From assembly GCF_035594765.1 (NCBI RefSeq), contig NC_085846.1:20943190-21007189 (forward strand): a stretch of 64,000 nucleotides of DNA, in the 5' to 3' direction. Of the stretch, positions 60,816 to 64,000 are shown piece after piece. Every line of letters starts with the position of its first letter. Position 1 is the first letter of the stretch. This stretch comes from Anolis carolinensis (lineage: Eukaryota). A program made the translations under genes and the position numbers. Below the pieces are notes generated by a model. It saw nothing but the letters and a program-made list of their open reading frames with translations, made no database searches and was not told the DNA's origin.

Positions 60816-62045
60816 CTGAAGGAGACAAAACATGAAGTGGATTAGGCAAAAGAGTAAGGAGATCAGTCAAACACATCCCTCTCTCCATTTACATGCAGGC
60901 ACCTAAAGCACATCAAAGCATACTTCTAAGGCATACAGCTAAAATGATGCTGCAATGATTGTTGCAATAAACACCAAAGTCCATCCAGTCATCCAGTATT
61001 ATCATCTCACTAAGACATAACCAGAGCTGTCAGAGAATATATCCATCTCCTGACCTCATATTTAAATTATCTTGCAAGCAATACTTATACCAAAATTAAT
61101 GGTAAGAATATATGAATATTGTTAGCAGTGTGAAGCCTATCATGTTTGTTGTCATCTTGTTGGATTTAGGCAATACATTATTTCTTAAAGGAGATTTAAA
61201 GTTTTGTTCATACCTTTTCTTTTTCTATTGTTTTTCCACGCCTATATTTTGCACTACCCACTGACAAATGGCCTCTTTGGATACACTCTCTTCCTTCTTC
61301 TCTTTGCAAGAGAGCAAGCTGAATGTTCTGAAGCAGAAATAAAACTTAACCTGATTCACAGTAGACCCAGTCTCAATGCTCTCATGGGATGCTTGTTTGT
61401 GCTGTGCAAAGAAAGAAGGAATGCATCACTGAATATTTCTGATAATGAACTTTGCAAAACAAAATTGTCTCCTGAGAGTTTTATCTGCCCCCCCCCAATG
61501 TAGCATTTATTTAGTTTATCAAAATATAGCTTTGTTAAATTTTAAATGTGAATGAAAAAGATCAGAATAGATAGGTAAAATAAAAAGAGAGAGGGGGAAA
61601 GGAAGGAAGAAGAAATAAAATATGGTCTGGGATAATAAGCATGAACATATTGCAATCTGATAATATGCCCAAATGTTTTGTTGATAGCTGGTATCGGAAA
61701 CTGATATTTTTGCACAGACGAATCATGTAAATTCTTTGATATTAGATGATGAATTTGTCCATCCAACCTTGGAGCAATTTTTTATCTACAGTAGGACTAT
61801 AGAATTATAGAGCTGAAAGAGACTACAAGGATTATGCTGGCCAACTCACTGCCATGCAGGAAAATACAATCAAACACTCCCAATAGATGACTATCCAGCC
61901 TCTGCTTAAAAACATCTGGAGAAGAAGACTCTATGAAGCTTCACAGCAATATATTTCACTGCCAAACAGCTCTTACCATCAGGAAGTTCTGGGAATGAAA
62001 GATCTGAACAGTAGTCAAAAAGTGGTGGTGGTGTATATTCATATA

Positions 62046-62368
62046 CAGTAGAGTCTCCCTTATCCAACGTAAACGGGCCGGCAGAACGTTGGATAAGCGA
62101 ATATGTTGGATAATAAGGAGAGATTAAGGAAAAGCCTATTACACATCAAATTAGGTTATGATTTTACAAATTAAGTACCAAAACATCATGTTATACAACA
62201 AATTTGACAGAAAAACTAGTTCGATACGCAGCAACATTAGGTAGCAATTACTGTATTTACGAATTTAGCATCAAAATATCATGATGTATTGAAAACATTG
62301 ACTAAAAAAATGCGTTGGATAATCCAGAACGTTGGATAAGTGAGCGTTGGATAAGTGAAACTCTACTG
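62046..62368. mobile_element. Tigger/pogo-type MITE, 323 bp
   Basis: TIRs plus TA TSD. Confidence 0.92.
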
Positions 62369-64000
62369 TAAGTGTGAAGTGGTAGAGACATTACTTATTG
62401 CTTGTGGTTTATATCATTGCAAACCCACTTAGGTGATAAGATGATCTAAAGCAGGCCTGCACAACCCATGGCCCTCCAGGTGTTTCGGACTTCAACTCCC
62501 AGAATTCCTGTCCATTGAACAAACTGCCTAGAGTTTCTGAAAGTTGGAGGTCTAAACCCTTAGAAGGCCACAGGTTGTACAGGATGGTCTAGTGTCTTCA
62601 AAACTTCAAAAATAAAATTCTTGAGAGGTAAATGCTCTACCTTGAAAGCTCAACAGAATCGTCTTGGCTCAAGCAACTCAGAACACCTTTATTTGTTTTT
62701 CATTAATATCTCTAATGAACAAAAAATTGCAACACATATAATGCTACCCCAAAGTAAATGATGATGTTTTTGAAAATAAAAGGAATAGACAGATTTGTTG
62801 TCAAATTGTTTCCAAGTCATTGCAACCCTAAGACCATTCTATCCAGGGTTTGTTTGGGGCTGAGAGTGTGTGAATCAGACAATGTCATCTGGTAGGTTTC
62901 CATGACTGAGTGAGGACTCAGACTCTCTTCTCCAGAGCCCAATGATCAAACTGCTACACCAGCAGTTCTCAAACTGTGCTCCGTGGAGCCCTTATGGCTC
63001 CATGAAGCACAGTCAGGGGCTCTGCAGGGGCCCAGTAGCCCTCTCACTCCCCCTTACCTGAGAAGCATGCAGCACCTAGAGCCCCACTGCTGCCAGCATG
63101 GCCTAGGAGGCTCTTCTCAGCTGCCACCAGCATGGTCTACAGAGCCTGCCCATAGTTGCTGCCAGCACAGCCTGAAAGGCTTCTCGGTCGCTGATTTGAA
63201 TGTGCTTTTACTGCATGTGCTTTTACTGTTAGACTGAGTGACCACTGGGGATGCTATTGTTGTTGTTGCTGCTGTTGCAAAGGCTGGATGGCCATATGTT
63301 GGGGGTGCATTGACTATACTTTATCTGGAAAGCAGAAGGGGGTTATTCTCCATTTTAAACATTGTATTGTTCTTTATTTATTTATTTTCCTTTCTTTTCT
63401 TTTTTTTGCACTACAAACAAGATATGTGCAGTATGCATAGAATTTGTTCATTTTTTTTCAGTTAGTTCACACAAACACTCTCCATCCATCTGTCACTGGC
63501 TGGGCCTATCTGTTGAATTTTAAAATGCAATGTGGCCTCTGTGCCCAAAAGCTTCCTTCAAAAATATATATTTGACTGTATTACACTTTAAAATGTACCT
63601 GTTCTGACTTACATACAAAATCAACTTAAGAACAAATCTGCAGAAACTTTCTTGTTCATAGCTTTGGGACTGCCTGCATTGTGTGGCAATGTTTCATTAA
63701 AAAGGAGACTTATGAAGGGACCCAAGAACTATTTTGGTATGGGGCACTGCTCTGTATGTGGAACCTCCCAGTTCAATTACTGTTCTAAACTGGCAAGGAA
63801 ATGCAACACATTGGACAAGCTTCCCACCTGAGACCATATATATTATCTAACATGTGCAAAATTTGTGGACGGGGGCATGTGAATATACTTGAAACAAGTT
63901 AAGTCCTGTCTCTCCATTGTTTATGTGATTAAAAGGAACTGCATTTCCTTTCTGCTTCTTATAAATCTCATTTCATTTTGGCATGAGTGCAAACCACTCG

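Overview
Eukaryotic, AT-rich vertebrate DNA; the SINE/LINE/MITE content (Sauria-type SINE, L2-tailed SINE, CR1 tails) points to a squamate reptile, most likely an Anolis-type lizard. The window is a mixed chemosensory GPCR cluster. It holds two 6-exon vomeronasal type-2 receptor (V2R, class C GPCR) genes on the minus strand (222-6476, intact, 867 aa; 17383-27933, 882 aa if a weak exon-1 donor is used), an orphan V2R 7TM fragment (16072-16606), five intact single-coding-exon olfactory receptors (class A GPCR) and one frameshifted OR pseudogene. One OR sits between the V2Rs. The intergenic DNA is full of nested transposons with readable TIRs and TSDs. The most unusual object is a 2.67-kb hAT element (8-bp TSD) with its own CCAAT+TATA promoter and an open BED-zinc-finger ORF but no transposase catalytic core. 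It is nested inside a TA-flanked MITE that begins 26 bp downstream of an OR stop codon. Other items of note: two cargo-carrying composite hAT elements, a young L1 inside a SINE inside a V2R intron, a Vingi-like LINE, and a perfect 35-bp hairpin downstream of an OR. No prokaryotic features (CRISPR, operons), rRNA or tRNA genes were seen. All family assignments come from motif recognition, not database searches.
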